A DNA stretch of 63,186 nt, filler included, from Globobulimina sp. (taxonomy: Eukaryota), in the NCBI GenBank assembly GCA_003354225.1. It is 10 parts of 10 records of this genome, joined end to end, with 100 filler letters (N's around TTAATTAATTAA, not from the genome) between each part and the next. Parts side by side here need not be neighbours in the genome. Positions count along the whole stretch, not along the records: positions 1 to 6,243 come from PIVH01000331.1; positions 6,344 to 12,584 come from PIVH01000332.1; 8 more parts are not named here. One strand, given 5' to 3'. A program made the position numbers and the translations under genes. Positions 1 through 11,929 of the stretch are shown here, in pieces; the stretch's first letter is position 1, and each line of letters starts with the position of its first letter. The notes under the pieces are model-generated. The model was given only the letters and a program-made list of their open reading frames with translations, was not told the DNA's origin and did not search any database.

Positions 1-501
1 CGAGATGGTTTGCTTCGATCCATTTATCAAAATCAAAATCCTCACCTTCACCTTGAATCTGGTCATGGATTGTTTCTTGGAGACTTGCCATTATCTCGAA
101 GATTATTATAAAAACCTGCTCCGGCAACAAATAAAAAAATACAGAAACGTTGCTGATCTCTGTTTCAAGAATACTAATTAACAAGAATATGTAACCAAGC
201 TGAAAACCTGGTTTCTTGGAGACTTTCCATTATCTCTTAACGGATCGATTTTTCAGTTGAATTTGGTTATATTGTTTACAGTTTACTTTCAAGATTACAG
301 AAGAAAAAATAAGAAAGAGAAAATTGTTTGATTATTGTTTTATACTATTGTATGCTACATATTATTACTTGTACAACTTAATCAAGAATCTGGATTCCAG
401 ATCGCAAACCGACCCGAATTTGGATTAGTTTGCAATATTATTAAATCTGAATCGAGTTATCCAGAATATTCGTAGTATACAAAACTATTATAATATTAAT
501 G

Positions 502-1617
502 TTATTTCAACCATTTATGCTGTTTTATTTCTTCTAAGCTAATTCGTTTATGTTCATATTGAAATATTAACCCAAATAAATCCAACAAATCTTTGTTTAC
601 ATAATTTAATTTATTCCATGACGCTAATAACTCCGCAATATGTCCATTCATAATAGACACAAATCTTTGATCAGAATCGATTGAATCATGCCATGGTTTT
701 GCGCCAATTACCATTATCCATAAACATACACCCAATGAAAATACATCATTGCTTTTTGCATCAAATAACTTTTTTTTGTGTGTAATCTCTGGACTTTTAT
801 AACACCGTTTTCCGCAATATTTATTGGTATAAAAATTGCTGCAATTTTTAAAGAAATCCGATAAACCGAAATCACATATTTTAGTTTGAATATCACAACA
901 TATGAACTTTATGAATTGGCCATTATTAACTGGTACGATATTAATATTGTTTACCAAGAAGTTTTCAATTGAAATGTCAAAATGACAAACATTTTGTGAA
1001 TGAATATATTCAATACATTCAATCATTTGTTTAAATAAAACTTTTACTAATTTGTGCCATTCTGATATTGCAATTTTCCCAACTAATATAAATTGATGTG
1101 CTCTTACGATAAAATCAAAACAGGATTTACCGCCATACTCCATCACCAAATAATAATTTGCGTCACTTTCAATGTACAATGATGATATATGTGATGACTA
1201 TCATCATTTATAAAAACAAAAAAGTTCAAACCTCTTAAAAAATCCAACATATTTCGTCACGGAAGGAGGACATTTTTCATTCTTTGTTAAATATTTAAGA
1301 ATTTCTTTTTCCATTAAAATATTTTCATATACTTTATATTTACCAGTTATACCATTTACCACTGCCAATGATTTTGAATGTAAATATTTCTTTGTTACTT
1401 TTATAACAACTTTCATGTGAGATAACTCATGAAAACCACTCCATATATTCCCTGTGTTTAATATATTGGGGTTTTATGTGAATATATAGCCTTCATATTG
1501 CATGTAAATAACAACCAAACCTTGCAATGTATCTGCAATTTTGTCACAACGAACAAATCCAGCATTTTTCATATCATTTATTGTTAATGCTTCTTGTTTG
1601 TTGGTTTTGTCAGTCAT
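502..1617 (-). CDS. Ser/Thr protein kinase, 3 exons (introns 1452-1520, 1166-1231)
   Basis: Spliced reading MTDK..DTLQ/GNIW..KVVIK..ME..HFDISIEN..DFG..KSPE..DVFSLG. GT-AG introns join the ORF fragments 1204-1416 and 502-1179 in frame. Confidence 0.85.
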
Positions 1618-2242
1618 TTCAGGAATTAACAATTGTAAACAATTAGTCCGAGCAAAGCAAGTTTTTTGGAAATTTCTGGAAACTTCGAGTTAGTAGTGTT
1701 TAAAATGTATATTCAATACTAATTTTAAATGACGATATATTCAGATAGACTATACCTTAAAGATATATTCAGAATTTCAGATAGAGAGAATATTTTTCTT
1801 GCGTTTTATAATGGTATACAGGGGGGTTGGGTAACCAACTTGGGTTTAGTGTACAAATCAAAACTCTACATTTATTGGTGCTCTACAGAATGGACATTTA
1901 CAACAAGTAATGACATATCACAGATTGATTGAATAAGAATGAATTTCATATATTGTGACAAAATTGGTGAAATACGGGTATCATGAATTCGAAATGTTAA
2001 TTTGGAAACGTTGGATTTGGATCTAATTGAAAGCATAACAAGGATATTGCATATGTGTACATTTCCGTTAATAGCTCATGGTTTGGCGGTTCAGGGAATA
2101 GGCAGTTCCATTTGTTTCAGTGGAATTAATTTAAAATTCATTGTAGATTCCATCAGTGATACATAGTTACATACGCAATATACACTTATGCTTTCAATTA
2201 CAAACACAAATGCAACGTTTCCAAACCATTAAAATGATGATA

Positions 2243-2295
2243 CACTCACAAATATATTGCACTCACAAATATATTGCACTCACAAATATATTGCA
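2243..2295. repeat. 17-bp tandem repeat x3 (CACTCACAAATATATTG)
   Basis: Three exact copies read directly from the sequence. Confidence 0.9.
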
Positions 2296-2737
2296 ATTTT
2301 AATTTAATTCTACGCAAGTTTCTCTACACCACACTAAATTTTTGGGCAGTTTCGACCCCAAACATTTTATCTATCCCTTGTGTTATACCTTGATACAGTA
2401 AGTGGTTGATTTTTTTTTTATTGCAGAAGCACAGAAAAGTAGTATGCGAAAAAGTAGCATGATACGACGATGACTAATTGCGGATTCTCAGAAAAACGTT
2501 AGCATCGAAAAACGCCATCTAAAATAAATTTTATTCAAAAAAAAAAGCAACAAAAGAAGAAATAAAGGTTAATAAATTAATAATATAATCTGCTTTTACA
2601 TGCATCTATGGTAAAAATAATTTTTTTGTTTTTTTGTTAAAACACGTAAAACACACACGGTATAAGCAACAATTGTCATTATAAAGCGATTTTGAATGTG
2701 ATTTAAATTTTTAATGTTTAAACAGTTACTAATTGAT

Positions 2738-4255
2738 TTATTTCTGCTCATTCTTCTCAATCTGCGTCCACGTATTCATCTTTTCATCCGCCGCTCGAAC
2801 CTCTTCGTCCGAGAACTTTATGCCTAACACCACAAAGGACACAATAAAAACGAATATGCCTAATATCAACCACGCGGCGAAAAAACTCATATTCGACGGC
2901 ACGCGCGCAAAGATGCCGAACGCCATCAACATCGCACCCACATTGCCGCCGGCACCCACGAGCCCGGAAACTGGCCCAATGCCATCGGGCTGCACGAAGG
3001 GCACAATGGCGAAAGTCACGCCTTCTGCGGCCTGCACGAACAAACTGAACGAGATCAACATAAAGATGGTGTATCCCAACGACCCCGTCATAGCACCGAA
3101 ACTAAACCCAATTAAAAAGATGCTCTGCGCGAATAACACGATAAACAGCGACCACACGCGGCCTTGCAACGACTTCTCCGCAAACCGCGACACCACATCG
3201 GCCACCAAACCGCCAATGGAACGCGCGAACAGGTTACAGAACGAGAAGCAGAGAATAATAAAGCCGGACAGCTCCTGCGTTAAACCGAACTCGTGCATGA
3301 AATAACCGACCGCGAACCGCAAGACTGTCAATTCTGTGCCGAAGCAGGCCATGTAGCACAAATGCAAGATCCAGGTACGATAATCCTTGATGGCCAGCAT
3401 GAAGCCCTCGTTGGCGGCCTTGGCCTTGTTTCTAGACTCCATCTCCTTTGGGTCCACGGTCACGTCCACTAACTCGGTGCCGCCGACGCTCACGTCCGCG
3501 GCCGACACGCCCGGAGGCAATGGCGGCTTATCCACGGTGAAGGTCCAGTAAATGCCGGCCATCACTAAATACAAGCAAGCCGGCACCAACATGCAAACCC
3601 GCCACGACACGTTGGAGGCCATGCCGTAGGCGTTCATGAAATGCGTGTTCAAGACCGGCATAAAGAAGTTGGCGCAGCCTCCGCCGAAGTTGCCCCAGCC
3701 CGCAGAGGTCGCGTTGGCGGTGCCCACCGTCTTGCCGGCGAACATCTGCGTGGTGTGATATTGCGTGATCACGAAGGAGCCGCCCACCACGCCGATAAAC
3801 AACGACGTTATGATATAGCCCGCGGGCGTCTGCACTAATGCCATGCCGCCGACGGGGAAGAAGCAGATGCATAATAACACCAAATAGGAGCGCCGGCTGC
3901 CCAATCTCTGGCAGACCCACCCGATGAGCACCCGGAACAGCACCGTGGAGGCCACCGAGCAGCCTCCGGCGATGGCCTTATGTACGTCGGTTAAACCTAA
4001 ATCGGGCTGGATTTGCGTGTATAAGTTGGCGGTGGCGAACCAGCCAAAGAAACATAACCAAAATGTGAACCAGGTAATGTGGAAAACGCGGATGTGAATC
4101 GATTTGCAATAACAGAGCCATAATCGCGTGGCTTGGCCCATTTGGTTGGTTGGCATTCTGCGGGGACCGCCGGAGGCTGCTGGGCGAGGGTTGGATACAT
4201 CGGTCTGAGCTTGTTCGGCAATTAATGACGCCGATTTGTTCGGATCTGCAGACAT
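2738..4255 (-). CDS. NRT2: High-affinity nitrate/nitrite porter (NRT2/NNP family, MFS)
   Basis: About 12 hydrophobic segments. Nitrate-signature motifs AGWGNFGGG and GLVGAGGNVG, plus FGTELT and FARSIGG. Intronless. Confidence 0.93.
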   Translation of the reverse strand: MSADPNKSASLIAEQAQTDVSNPRPAASGGPRRMPTNQMGQATRLWLCYCKSIHIRVFHITWFTFWLCFFGWFATANLYTQIQPDLGLTDVHKAIAGGCSVASTVLFRVLIGWVCQRLGSRRSYLVLLCICFFPVGGMALVQTPAGYIITSLFIGVVGGSFVITQYHTTQMFAGKTVGTANATSAGWGNFGGGCANFFMPVLNTHFMNAYGMASNVSWRVCMLVPACLYLVMAGIYWTFTVDKPPLPPGVSAADVSVGGTELVDVTVDPKEMESRNKAKAANEGFMLAIKDYRTWILHLCYMACFGTELTVLRFAVGYFMHEFGLTQELSGFIILCFSFCNLFARSIGGLVADVVSRFAEKSLQGRVWSLFIVLFAQSIFLIGFSFGAMTGSLGYTIFMLISFSLFVQAAEGVTFAIVPFVQPDGIGPVSGLVGAGGNVGAMLMAFGIFARVPSNMSFFAAWLILGIFVFIVSFVVLGIKFSDEEVRAADEKMNTWTQIEKNEQK

Positions 4256-4766
4256 TTTGAGTGTGTTTCCCTTCGACTCTGTTTCTGTATAAGTTAGTTC
4301 GTGTGTGTTGTATATTGATTTTGTATGAGAGATTGTCAGATATTAATTTGAAACATTCTAAAATAGATAATAAGGACAGATTTATCAGATTTGTCGCATT
4401 TGCCACATTTTGCAGCTGACAATGTGCGGTTTGTCAATGTGTGCAGTAGCTGAAATTGTGGAGTTGGTATAAATGTGTGTATGATGACTAAACTCTATCT
4501 GTTTGGTTTTGATAGATTGTGTGTTTTGGAAAGAAAGTAAGTATTGTTTAAAAGAAAGGGTTGAAAGCAGATGTTTTTTTGAGTTGTTGAAAGTTTTGTT
4601 ATTTCAAACACATTTCTATTGGGAAGAAGATGTGTACTTTTTCTAAAAGTGCGATGAAAACAGACAATTTGGTGTGAACATAACATATAAATTAAAAAGC
4701 CAATCGGGGGCCAATCCGTAAGGGAAAATAAATGCATTTGGTTAAAACAAAAACTGTCAGTGAACC

Positions 4767-5534
4767 ATGGCAAATGAGCAAAAAGAGCAACTACAAATAA
4801 TCGGTGCTGGGTTTGGCCGAACCGGCACAGAAAGTTTACAACTCGCATTAAACACATTAGGATACAAATGCTATCATATGCATGAATTAAGCAAATATAA
4901 TGATAGCCATATTTGGTATGATTTATTATCGAAACCAAAAGAGAAACGGAATTGGAATCAATCAATATTTGCAAAACGTGGATATTCAGCAACTGTGGAT
5001 TGGCCCACCACTGCAATTTATCAAGATTTGTTAAAAGAAAATCCGTCGGCAAAGGTCATATTAACCATAAGAGATACACCCGAACAATGGTTCAATTCGG
5101 TGCTAAATTCCATTTATAAGTTATCAACATCGCACCGCTGGTGGCAGTTCAAATTATTATCGCGGTTTGATTCAGATCTATACAAACACGGCAAAGTCGT
5201 CCATGAGTTAATATGGGACGGTGTATTTGATGGGAGGTTTTCAGAAAAGGAGAGATCAATAAAAATATATTCGAAACAGATTGAAGATGTTCGAAAAACT
5301 GTTGCAAAAAATAGATTATTAATTATGAATGTTAAGGAAGGATGGAAGCCATTGTGTAAGTTTTTAAATAAAGAAATTCCAAAAGATTTGCCATTCCCGA
5401 GAGGCAATACAACTGCGGACAAAAACAAAAAATATCAACGATTGGTAGCAATGAAAAATAAAGTAAATGCTTTTTTTGTTGTGTTGTTTATTATTGTTGT
5501 TGGATGCTTATATAAAGTATTTACACAAACATAA
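4767..5534 (+). CDS. P-loop sulfotransferase-family protein with C-terminal TM anchor
   Basis: IIGAGFGRTGT..LG.KCYHM, VDWP, KVILTIR, EGWKPLCKFL..PFP motifs and a hydrophobic C-terminus. Confidence 0.85.
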   Translation: MANEQKEQLQIIGAGFGRTGTESLQLALNTLGYKCYHMHELSKYNDSHIWYDLLSKPKEKRNWNQSIFAKRGYSATVDWPTTAIYQDLLKENPSAKVILTIRDTPEQWFNSVLNSIYKLSTSHRWWQFKLLSRFDSDLYKHGKVVHELIWDGVFDGRFSEKERSIKIYSKQIEDVRKTVAKNRLLIMNVKEGWKPLCKFLNKEIPKDLPFPRGNTTADKNKKYQRLVAMKNKVNAFFVVLFIIVVGCLYKVFTQT

Positions 5535-5786
5535 GACGTACTTTTTAATTTTGCTAACGTACTCGGACCAAGAGATATCGATTAAAGCTCCAAAATATAG
5601 TCCAAATGAGTTCTCAAGGTTTTTGTGTGAATGCCATGACAACGAAGATGAACATAGCATCGGACCTAAAGTCATTTTTCTGCTATAAAGCGGACAGCCA
5701 ATCACAAAATGGAGCTTTTAACATACACATTAGAAACATAAACAAGTACAATATCTGTTTATTTGTTGAAATATATTATACACAAA

Positions 5787-6243
5787 TTATTTTTTAAATT
5801 TTGATTGACTTTTTTTTAGTTTCTCCGCTTTGATTCGTTCATCCAATTTATTCCCAGCAGACAATAATTTTTCCATTTCAATCAAACACTTTATCGCTTC
5901 AACCATATTTTTAACCTGATCCACCTCCGAAATGCCTAACGATGTCGTCTGATAAATTGTAATCTCTTCCTTATAATGCGACGGATTTACAACATCTCCC
6001 AAATCTTCATCATCAATCAAACCTTTTTCCTTTTCCTTTTCCTTCTCTTTCTCCATGGCATCATCAATGGGCACAGACGCAAATTTATTCATTTTGTTAA
6101 TAATCGAAGTGGTCAACGTAGCCAATGGCACTTTTGGTTCATTAATCTCATCGTTATCAGACTCAGACGATTTATTTGAAATCGCTGGCAAATTCAAATT
6201 AGACATAAAATCGTGCTCTTTTAAATCTTCTTTCATCTTACTT
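5787..6243 (-). CDS. 3' fragment of hypothetical acidic/coiled-coil protein
   Basis: Open frame running into the contig edge. Confidence 0.45.
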
Positions 6244-6343
6244 NNNNNNNNNNNNNNNNNNNNNNNNNNNNNNNNNNNNNNNNNNNNTTAATTAATTAAN
6301 NNNNNNNNNNNNNNNNNNNNNNNNNNNNNNNNNNNNNNNNNNN
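6244..6343. other. Artificial contig spacer N44-TTAATTAATTAA-N44 (also at 12585, 18923, 25260, 31590, 37920, 44246, 50566, 56881)
   Basis: Identical 100-nt linker with stops in all six frames. Contig lengths fall from about 6243 to 6215. Confidence 0.98.
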
Positions 6344-6558
6344 TGGTCGGATAAAAAGTGTTTATGGGTTCTCGATAGCGCCGAGAACGATGAAACGATC
6401 CATTTTCATGTCTAATCAACGGGATATATCCATTTTAATTAAAAAAGCTTAATACCAAGTTGTTTGTTGTTGTTGCTAAGCAACCGAAATATTTCTGACC
6501 CGTTTTTGGTCGGATAAAAAGTGTTTATAGCGCCGAGAACGATGAAACGAACCATTTT
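6344..6558. repeat. Imperfect direct repeat (6344-6406 and 6507-6558) containing a GTTCTCG..CGAGAAC hairpin
   Basis: TGGTCGGATAAAAAGTGTTTAT..AGCGCCGAGAACGATGAAACGA..CCATTTT occurs twice; the second copy has an internal deletion. Confidence 0.8.
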
Positions 6559-6578
6559 TATTAAAAAAACATATGATT

Positions 6579-6941
6579 TTAATACAAGTTAATCCATTTA
6601 TTTTCTGATTTCTTTTTTTTAATTGGATGGAAATCGGATTCATTTAATATTTTTTTGAATAGCTGATAGTCTGGAGGCAACGGGGATTTTTCTTCAGACA
6701 ACGACCATTTAATAAGGTCCAGTATAGGACTTCCGGTCGCCGACTTGCCGATGTAAGAAATTTTATTCTCATCTTTTGTAACGTAAATTCCATATGTTTG
6801 CAAAGCCTCCAATAATTTGTCAGCTTTCGTTTTCATTTCATCGGGAACCGCAGATAAAATTTGTTTCTTTAAATCATCAGTTATCTCTGTTAACTCGTCG
6901 TTTATTGGGAGCAGTTGAACTCTTTTAGGCATGTCGGACAA
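6579..6941 (-). CDS. Maverick-type small conserved protein
   Basis: ILSAVP..K.KADKLL...GSPILDLI...PPDY..F resembles a small ORF recurrent in Mavericks (recalled pattern, not searched). Confidence 0.6.
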   Translation of the reverse strand: MSDMPKRVQLLPINDELTEITDDLKKQILSAVPDEMKTKADKLLEALQTYGIYVTKDENKISYIGKSATGSPILDLIKWSLSEEKSPLPPDYQLFKKILNESDFHPIKKKKSENKWINLY

Positions 6942-7239
6942 TTAAATTATATAATTTCGGCAAAAAATCAGGTTTTGATTTCAACAAATACTTTCTTTTG
7001 CGGGAAACAGACACTTTTTTGTCGGCTAATATTGATATTAAAGCTAGATTTTGTTTTATCCAAATTTCTTGACCCTCGTCTAATATAATAGTGCTCTTTA
7101 ACAGGTTGTAACAAATTTCGGTAATACAATTGAATAAGTTATTTTTAACCTTTAGCAAAATCGGTTTTTTTAGATAAGCAAAAGAAGTAGAACTGAGTAA
7201 TTTTAATATTGGTTCACACTGAGACAATAGTGCAGACAT
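6925..7239 (-). CDS. Maverick-type small basic protein (putative core/virion protein)
   Basis: CITEICYNLLK..I.L...Q...LADKKVS..RKRKYL resembles the recurrent Maverick basic ORF. Confidence 0.6.
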   Translation of the reverse strand: MSALLSQCEPILKLLSSTSFAYLKKPILLKVKNNLFNCITEICYNLLKSTIILDEGQEIWIKQNLALISILADKKVSVSRKRKYLLKSKPDFLPKLYNLIVRHA

Positions 7240-7275
7240 AATTAAATATCAATAAAAAGATCATTATATATATAA

Positions 7276-8181
7276 TTATCCATTCTTCTCGTCTTCATCG
7301 TCATCCAGAATGGCGTATATTTTCTGATCCTGAATAACGGTAGCTTTTAACTAATATATTGGTCAATTTTTAGCTTACTTTCAATAACCCCGATCGTATT
7401 CGAAAATTCCACAAACAATTTGGTGTAAAGTCTAATAAAATAAATTCCCTTTTTTTACCACTTTCTTTGCACATTTCGTCATAGATCTTAACTAGGGTAC
7501 GGTACCTACTAGGCATAGCTTGGTTTGCCAAAGTCCTATAAATGAAAAATATTGGGAAATAATTGAAAGAAAATGGTATGCTACCTGACAGATCCCATGT
7601 TTTTTATCGATGGCAGTAATAATACATAACTACTGTTTCGTACAATGGTAGGATTATACTTTCCTTGAGGCGGATACAAATTTTGCACCAAATAAAACAC
7701 ATTAACATTGTTGTGGTGACTCCAAAAAGTAAAAATTTGGCTAAATTTTTCACTTTTCGATACCGTTTGCACTGAAACACGTGGCACGTGATTAAATTAC
7801 ACCCACGATTTAACAATATTAACTCAGATCATCGACTACAAGAATTCTTTGCTTTCCATCCGAAGGAAAAAGTCGTTTATTTTCCAGTAAATTTTCAGGA
7901 AACCCTTTTACAAATGTAACAGTTTGTGCGCAGTTGTCCTTTATGAAATTAAATAATTGTTTTTGATCGGCCTCATCCTTATATAGCCACACGATAGATT
8001 TAATCGGGTCTTCTATCGTATGATCTGATTCCGTAATAATATTAGCTACTAATGTGCTTTTGCCTTGACCAGACGAGCCTCAAAACAGTTTTTATTAATA
8101 TTCAATAATTTAATCAACATAAAATATACCAGCTACAATACAAGTAAATGGACCACACAGTTTTACAGTTTGCATTTCCAT
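7276..8181 (-). CDS. A32/FtsK-like DNA packaging ATPase, 234 aa (introns 8079-8129, 7772-7823, 7536-7584, 7330-7378)
   Basis: Splicing gives GPFTCIVAGSSGQGKST (Walker A), ILVVDDLM (Walker B), SHHNN..VQNLY, RTLANQ and FILLDF..FRIRS. Spliced length 705 nt, open frame. Confidence 0.92.
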
Positions 8182-8223
8182 CACTACATATACTAGATAA
8201 TGAAATCTCTTTTAAATACTATT

Positions 8224-9813
8224 TTATCGAGACCCAATAGGATGATGATCGAAGAGTCGTTGTTTTTTAATTAATGGTCCTACAGTATAATGTCGGTCAT
8301 ATTCGCAGTAGACTAAGATTACAATGTTGTCTTCCAGTTGGGCGTTAGCAAAATTAACTTGTAAAACACAGCTTCCGTACAAAGGTTTGCCATTATTGCT
8401 ACCATGTTTTAGGTTAATTGGCAGCATGAAAAAACCATTTTTGAACGCATCCCTTGTTATAGGGATGTTGGTAGAGCCGATAGATTCGCCCAGCTCACTA
8501 AACATCCTGAAAACAATAATTTACATAATCGTTTTAAAGAATTAGCGAATATTTACGATAAGTAAATTTCGTCATAATTGTCTAGTAGCGCAGCTTCATT
8601 ATACTGCAGTTGAAAAGCATTCTTTTTTGGTCTTTCTACCCCATCTTGCGTGAAAATGACTTCTTGAACAGAATTCGGAATAAATGAGAGAGGGTTTTTC
8701 TGATAAGACCCTACTCTACTCTTTTCTGGTTGAAACAATAGTATAATTTTCGATGGCAAATAACCCTAAAATATTATATACCAAAATAACGCTACACATT
8801 TCTTGTGCATAGTATACTTGTAAGATTTGTCTAGGACCCCAAGTTTTAACAGTTTTGTTGTGAGTAAATGTGTAGACGCAAGGCTGCACATAGCTATACA
8901 ATTCTTTGCCGATACTTGTTTTTGGTAGCACTCTAGCCACTTTCAATTTGGCACTAAGCCATTCCACACAATATTGTGCGCCAACTTTAGAACTTATTAA
9001 AGAGTGGCTTGGGTCAGCAGGGTACAATCGCAACGTAAAGTCCAAACCATCCGGGAGCAATTTATTTTGGTTTAGTGGCGCGCACAATAGCTGACCAGCG
9101 ACAAGGCAGGTTTCCGATTTGTCAATTCTTAAAGTATATGTTTTTAATAATTATTTATTCCACTACCCTTACTTTGTGGCCCGCCAGTGAAGAATTGGAT
9201 ATTCGGCGACAGTTATTTGTTCGCCTGGAAGTACCTCAAATTCACCTATAATAAACAATGGTAGGCCGTTATTGAGCAATCAGTTTATTGCCCACCTGGC
9301 TGATCTAGTTTATACAATGCCGATGCGAGTGTGGTGTCTCTCTTGCTACCGGGTGTGTAAAGAATTGTTTTCAAATAGGTTGTTAGCTGGTAGTCCATAT
9401 TTTGGTATACTTGTTGACCATTTACGAGTAATTCTATCCCCTAGAGAAAAAAGTGTGTTTCCTTGCAAAAAAAACAAATAGTGTAGTAATACTTTAAATG
9501 CCGAATACAGAAAGTTATTAATCGTTGTCACTGGTTCCTTATCTGGCAGCGCCGCAAATTGACCTGCCGGATTCTTTTTTAATACTCGAAATTGGAGGAA
9601 TATGTAAATTTCGTCGGTTTTCAAATTGTAGCCTTCTCGAGAGATTATGTTATATTGGTGAGGTGACAGATCTTGTCTAGGCATAACCGTTTCACACGGT
9701 ATATCTTGAAACAGATGATCCTATAAGCCCATCACTTTTTATTTTACTTATTTAAGTTAACTATTTACCTTGTACCCCTGTGAGGGCATTACGTTGTTAG
9801 ATTTTTTAGGCAT
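8224..9813 (-). CDS. Double jelly-roll major capsid protein (Polinton PY), 430 aa (introns 9721-9768, 9441-9492, 9246-9295, 9128-9172, 8766-8817, 8507-8556)
   Basis: Spliced motifs INNFLYSAFKGIELLVNG, YLKTIL, ALYKLDQPG, NQNKLLPDG, LPSKII..GSYQKNPLSF and NGFF..VYCEYD. Spliced length 1293 nt, open frame. Confidence 0.88.
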
Positions 9814-9855
9814 AATTAAACGTTTATTGAGTGAATAAATATGATTCAATATATA

Positions 9856-10708
9856 CTAAATGGACACATCACTGATCTTCCTTAGATGAAGAGCGGCCCA
9901 CACGTGACCCCTTGTCTGTACGAGTTCGTCTCCTCTTTCGTCTATCAGATTAATGAATATTTCTTCGATCGATCCATCACCCACCCATTTTCGATAAATC
10001 GGCTCGTCGAATGTTACAGTAATATATTCACCATAAGTTTCTTGTTCGTCGACATGAATGGTGCCCAAAGTACGCAAAATACCGTTGTTAACGAAAGATT
10101 CTTCTATACCATTGCAGCAAACGTAAATATTGTGTTGCCACGGTGATGGAAATGTATACGTGGCAGGTAATTTTACCGCATCTACCAGCATCCTTTCCGT
10201 TCCATTCAAATTGTCGAGTACGTTAGAATTGAGAGCAAGCAATGTGCATAAATTTGGACTGAATGTAGCTCTTACACCAGGACCGATCTTAATCTTTTTT
10301 ACATTACCTCTCCCCGACAACCCAAACCTTAAAAACAATAGATTAGCATAGTACACTATAAATACATGGTCGATCTTACTTTGCCCAGTTATCTGCATCC
10401 TCGCTCACTGTCATACGTTTCTCGATAGCTCCGTTGAGTTCGAGAAAAAGTTTTTCAAAAGTCTCGACTATGGCGTCTTTCAAAGTAAACTCTATAATAT
10501 GTTTACGACCGGTTTCTGAATCTATTTTTTCTAATGTAAGCCCGGCATTGGTTAAATTTGCCCATCCAGCACAAACGTGTGCTTCCAATAGACCAATTTC
10601 ATAACCACCACTGCTTAATGCGGACGGTAATTTAGCCACCGCTCTAGCTTTAGGCTCCAGAGGGGTATCGGAATTAAAATCAGAACAATAAATGTAATAA
10701 TTATCCAT
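9856..10708 (-). CDS. Minor capsid / penton protein (Polinton PX), 266 aa (intron 10328-10379)
   Basis: N-terminal LP..L..GGYEIGLLE and C-terminal IYVCC..IE...LRTL..F.EPIY..I.INLIDERG..LHLRK patterns. The intron has a GTAAG donor and a GCTAAT branch site. Confidence 0.85.
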
Positions 10709-10747
10709 TTTATTGAGAATAAGCAATAACCGTTTTATTTATATAGA

Positions 10748-11907
10748 TCAATCAGGAAGCACTACTTCCATCAGCTCTTCATTATAGTATGTACCAATTA
10801 ATTGTTCATTTTCCATATTTTTCAAACTGTAACGGTCTGGTATTCCGTGTTTCACCTAAAAACTTGATATATATACACCCTTAAACCATTATTTGTGCAT
10901 ACTTCGTCTATTAAAAATGTGACCATTGACCACGCACCTTTGTGGGTTTTCATAAAAGGGTGTCTAAAATATTCTATTTGCTTAGCGAATAATCGTTAAT
11001 TAATTACCTTAGAAGGGACACTCTCACTACCGTTCCAGGCTTAAGCTTTGGGTTTTTGTTTGTTCTTAAGTAGTCGTACAATTTTGCACCATATACGTTG
11101 TTAACTACTATATGTTGATTTGAGAAATTGATGTCGATTGGTGCGAATCCTGTAACTCTATTGACTGACCGATTTAAACCCAAAATTAAGTCATCCAAAT
11201 CGTCGATATAACGTGTAGGGTTTTTTATGCCGTAGTCTTTTTGATATGTAATAAATTTATAAATTCGTTCCTTGACACGTTTGACACCGTATTCCGCTAG
11301 AGAGGCTTTCAAAGGTTCCCGCAAAGCATACAATGTTACATTATATTGCTTTAATACATTTTGGACTTCACGATTCCAGAATTCCGTCCTAGGATTAAAA
11401 TTCATAAGATTTACATAAAATAAAAACAAACAACTACCCTAAATCTGATCCGATTAACGCGGGGGCAAATTTTGATTTAAAAAAATCTTGAATTTGTTCT
11501 GCCATGGTCGAACCTCTCTTGTTTTTTAATTTCAAAACATAAATCATTTTGCTCAGGCAATCGACCTAAACAATGGGGTTTGATGAGTTAGTATAAGAAT
11601 AACTTATTACCAAAATGCAGAGAAATTTGATTCCCCCATTAGTGCGCGAAAGTGTTGTCATATCTGCCAGATCCATCTGGAGATTATGTTCAATTCCGAA
11701 GGAGAGAATTTTTTGTCTTTTCATTTTTATTTTTCTAGGAGCATGTAAAGTGTAAGCCTTTTGACTTCTCAAAAAATTAAACAGCTGTTGTTTGGATATA
11801 TTCCACTTTTTACGCTTAATCGCTGCCATCATTTTATTTACACCTGCTAAGCCATGGTCTTTTTTGTAGTCATAATAAAGATTAGCCAACTTTTTATTGA
11901 CAGACAT
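10748..11907 (-). CDS. Maverick retroviral-like (rve) DDE integrase, 324 aa (introns 11566-11610, 11389-11437, 10964-11007, 10856-10902)
   Basis: LYYD..GV..SQKAYTLH, QMDLADM, VDCLSK, GSDLGTEF, ASLAE, VRVS, GTYYNEEL. The DDE triad is intact and intron 1 contains TACTAAC. Confidence 0.94.
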
Positions 11908-11929
11908 GTTTATAATAAATGGACGATGA

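Noticed and set aside
2733-3920. Alternative-frame and antisense ORFs over NRT2 (and similar short ORFs elsewhere)
   Set aside because: Shadow ORFs caused by GC-rich or biased codon usage of the real gene.
6244-6343. TTAATTAATTAA motif repeated every ~6.3 kb, and ORFs ending in X runs
   Set aside because: Artificial scaffold spacer. Cross-spacer gene neighbourhoods (e.g. NRT2 next to the Maverick) have no biological meaning.
6344-6558. Terminal inverted repeat of the Maverick
   Set aside because: It is a direct repeat, has no counterpart at the other contig end and lacks an AG/AGT-type terminus; more likely a host interspersed repeat.
7276-11907. Maverick genes as frameshifted pseudogenes
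   Set aside because: Every break is explained by a 44-52-nt GT-AG intron that restores the frame and motifs.
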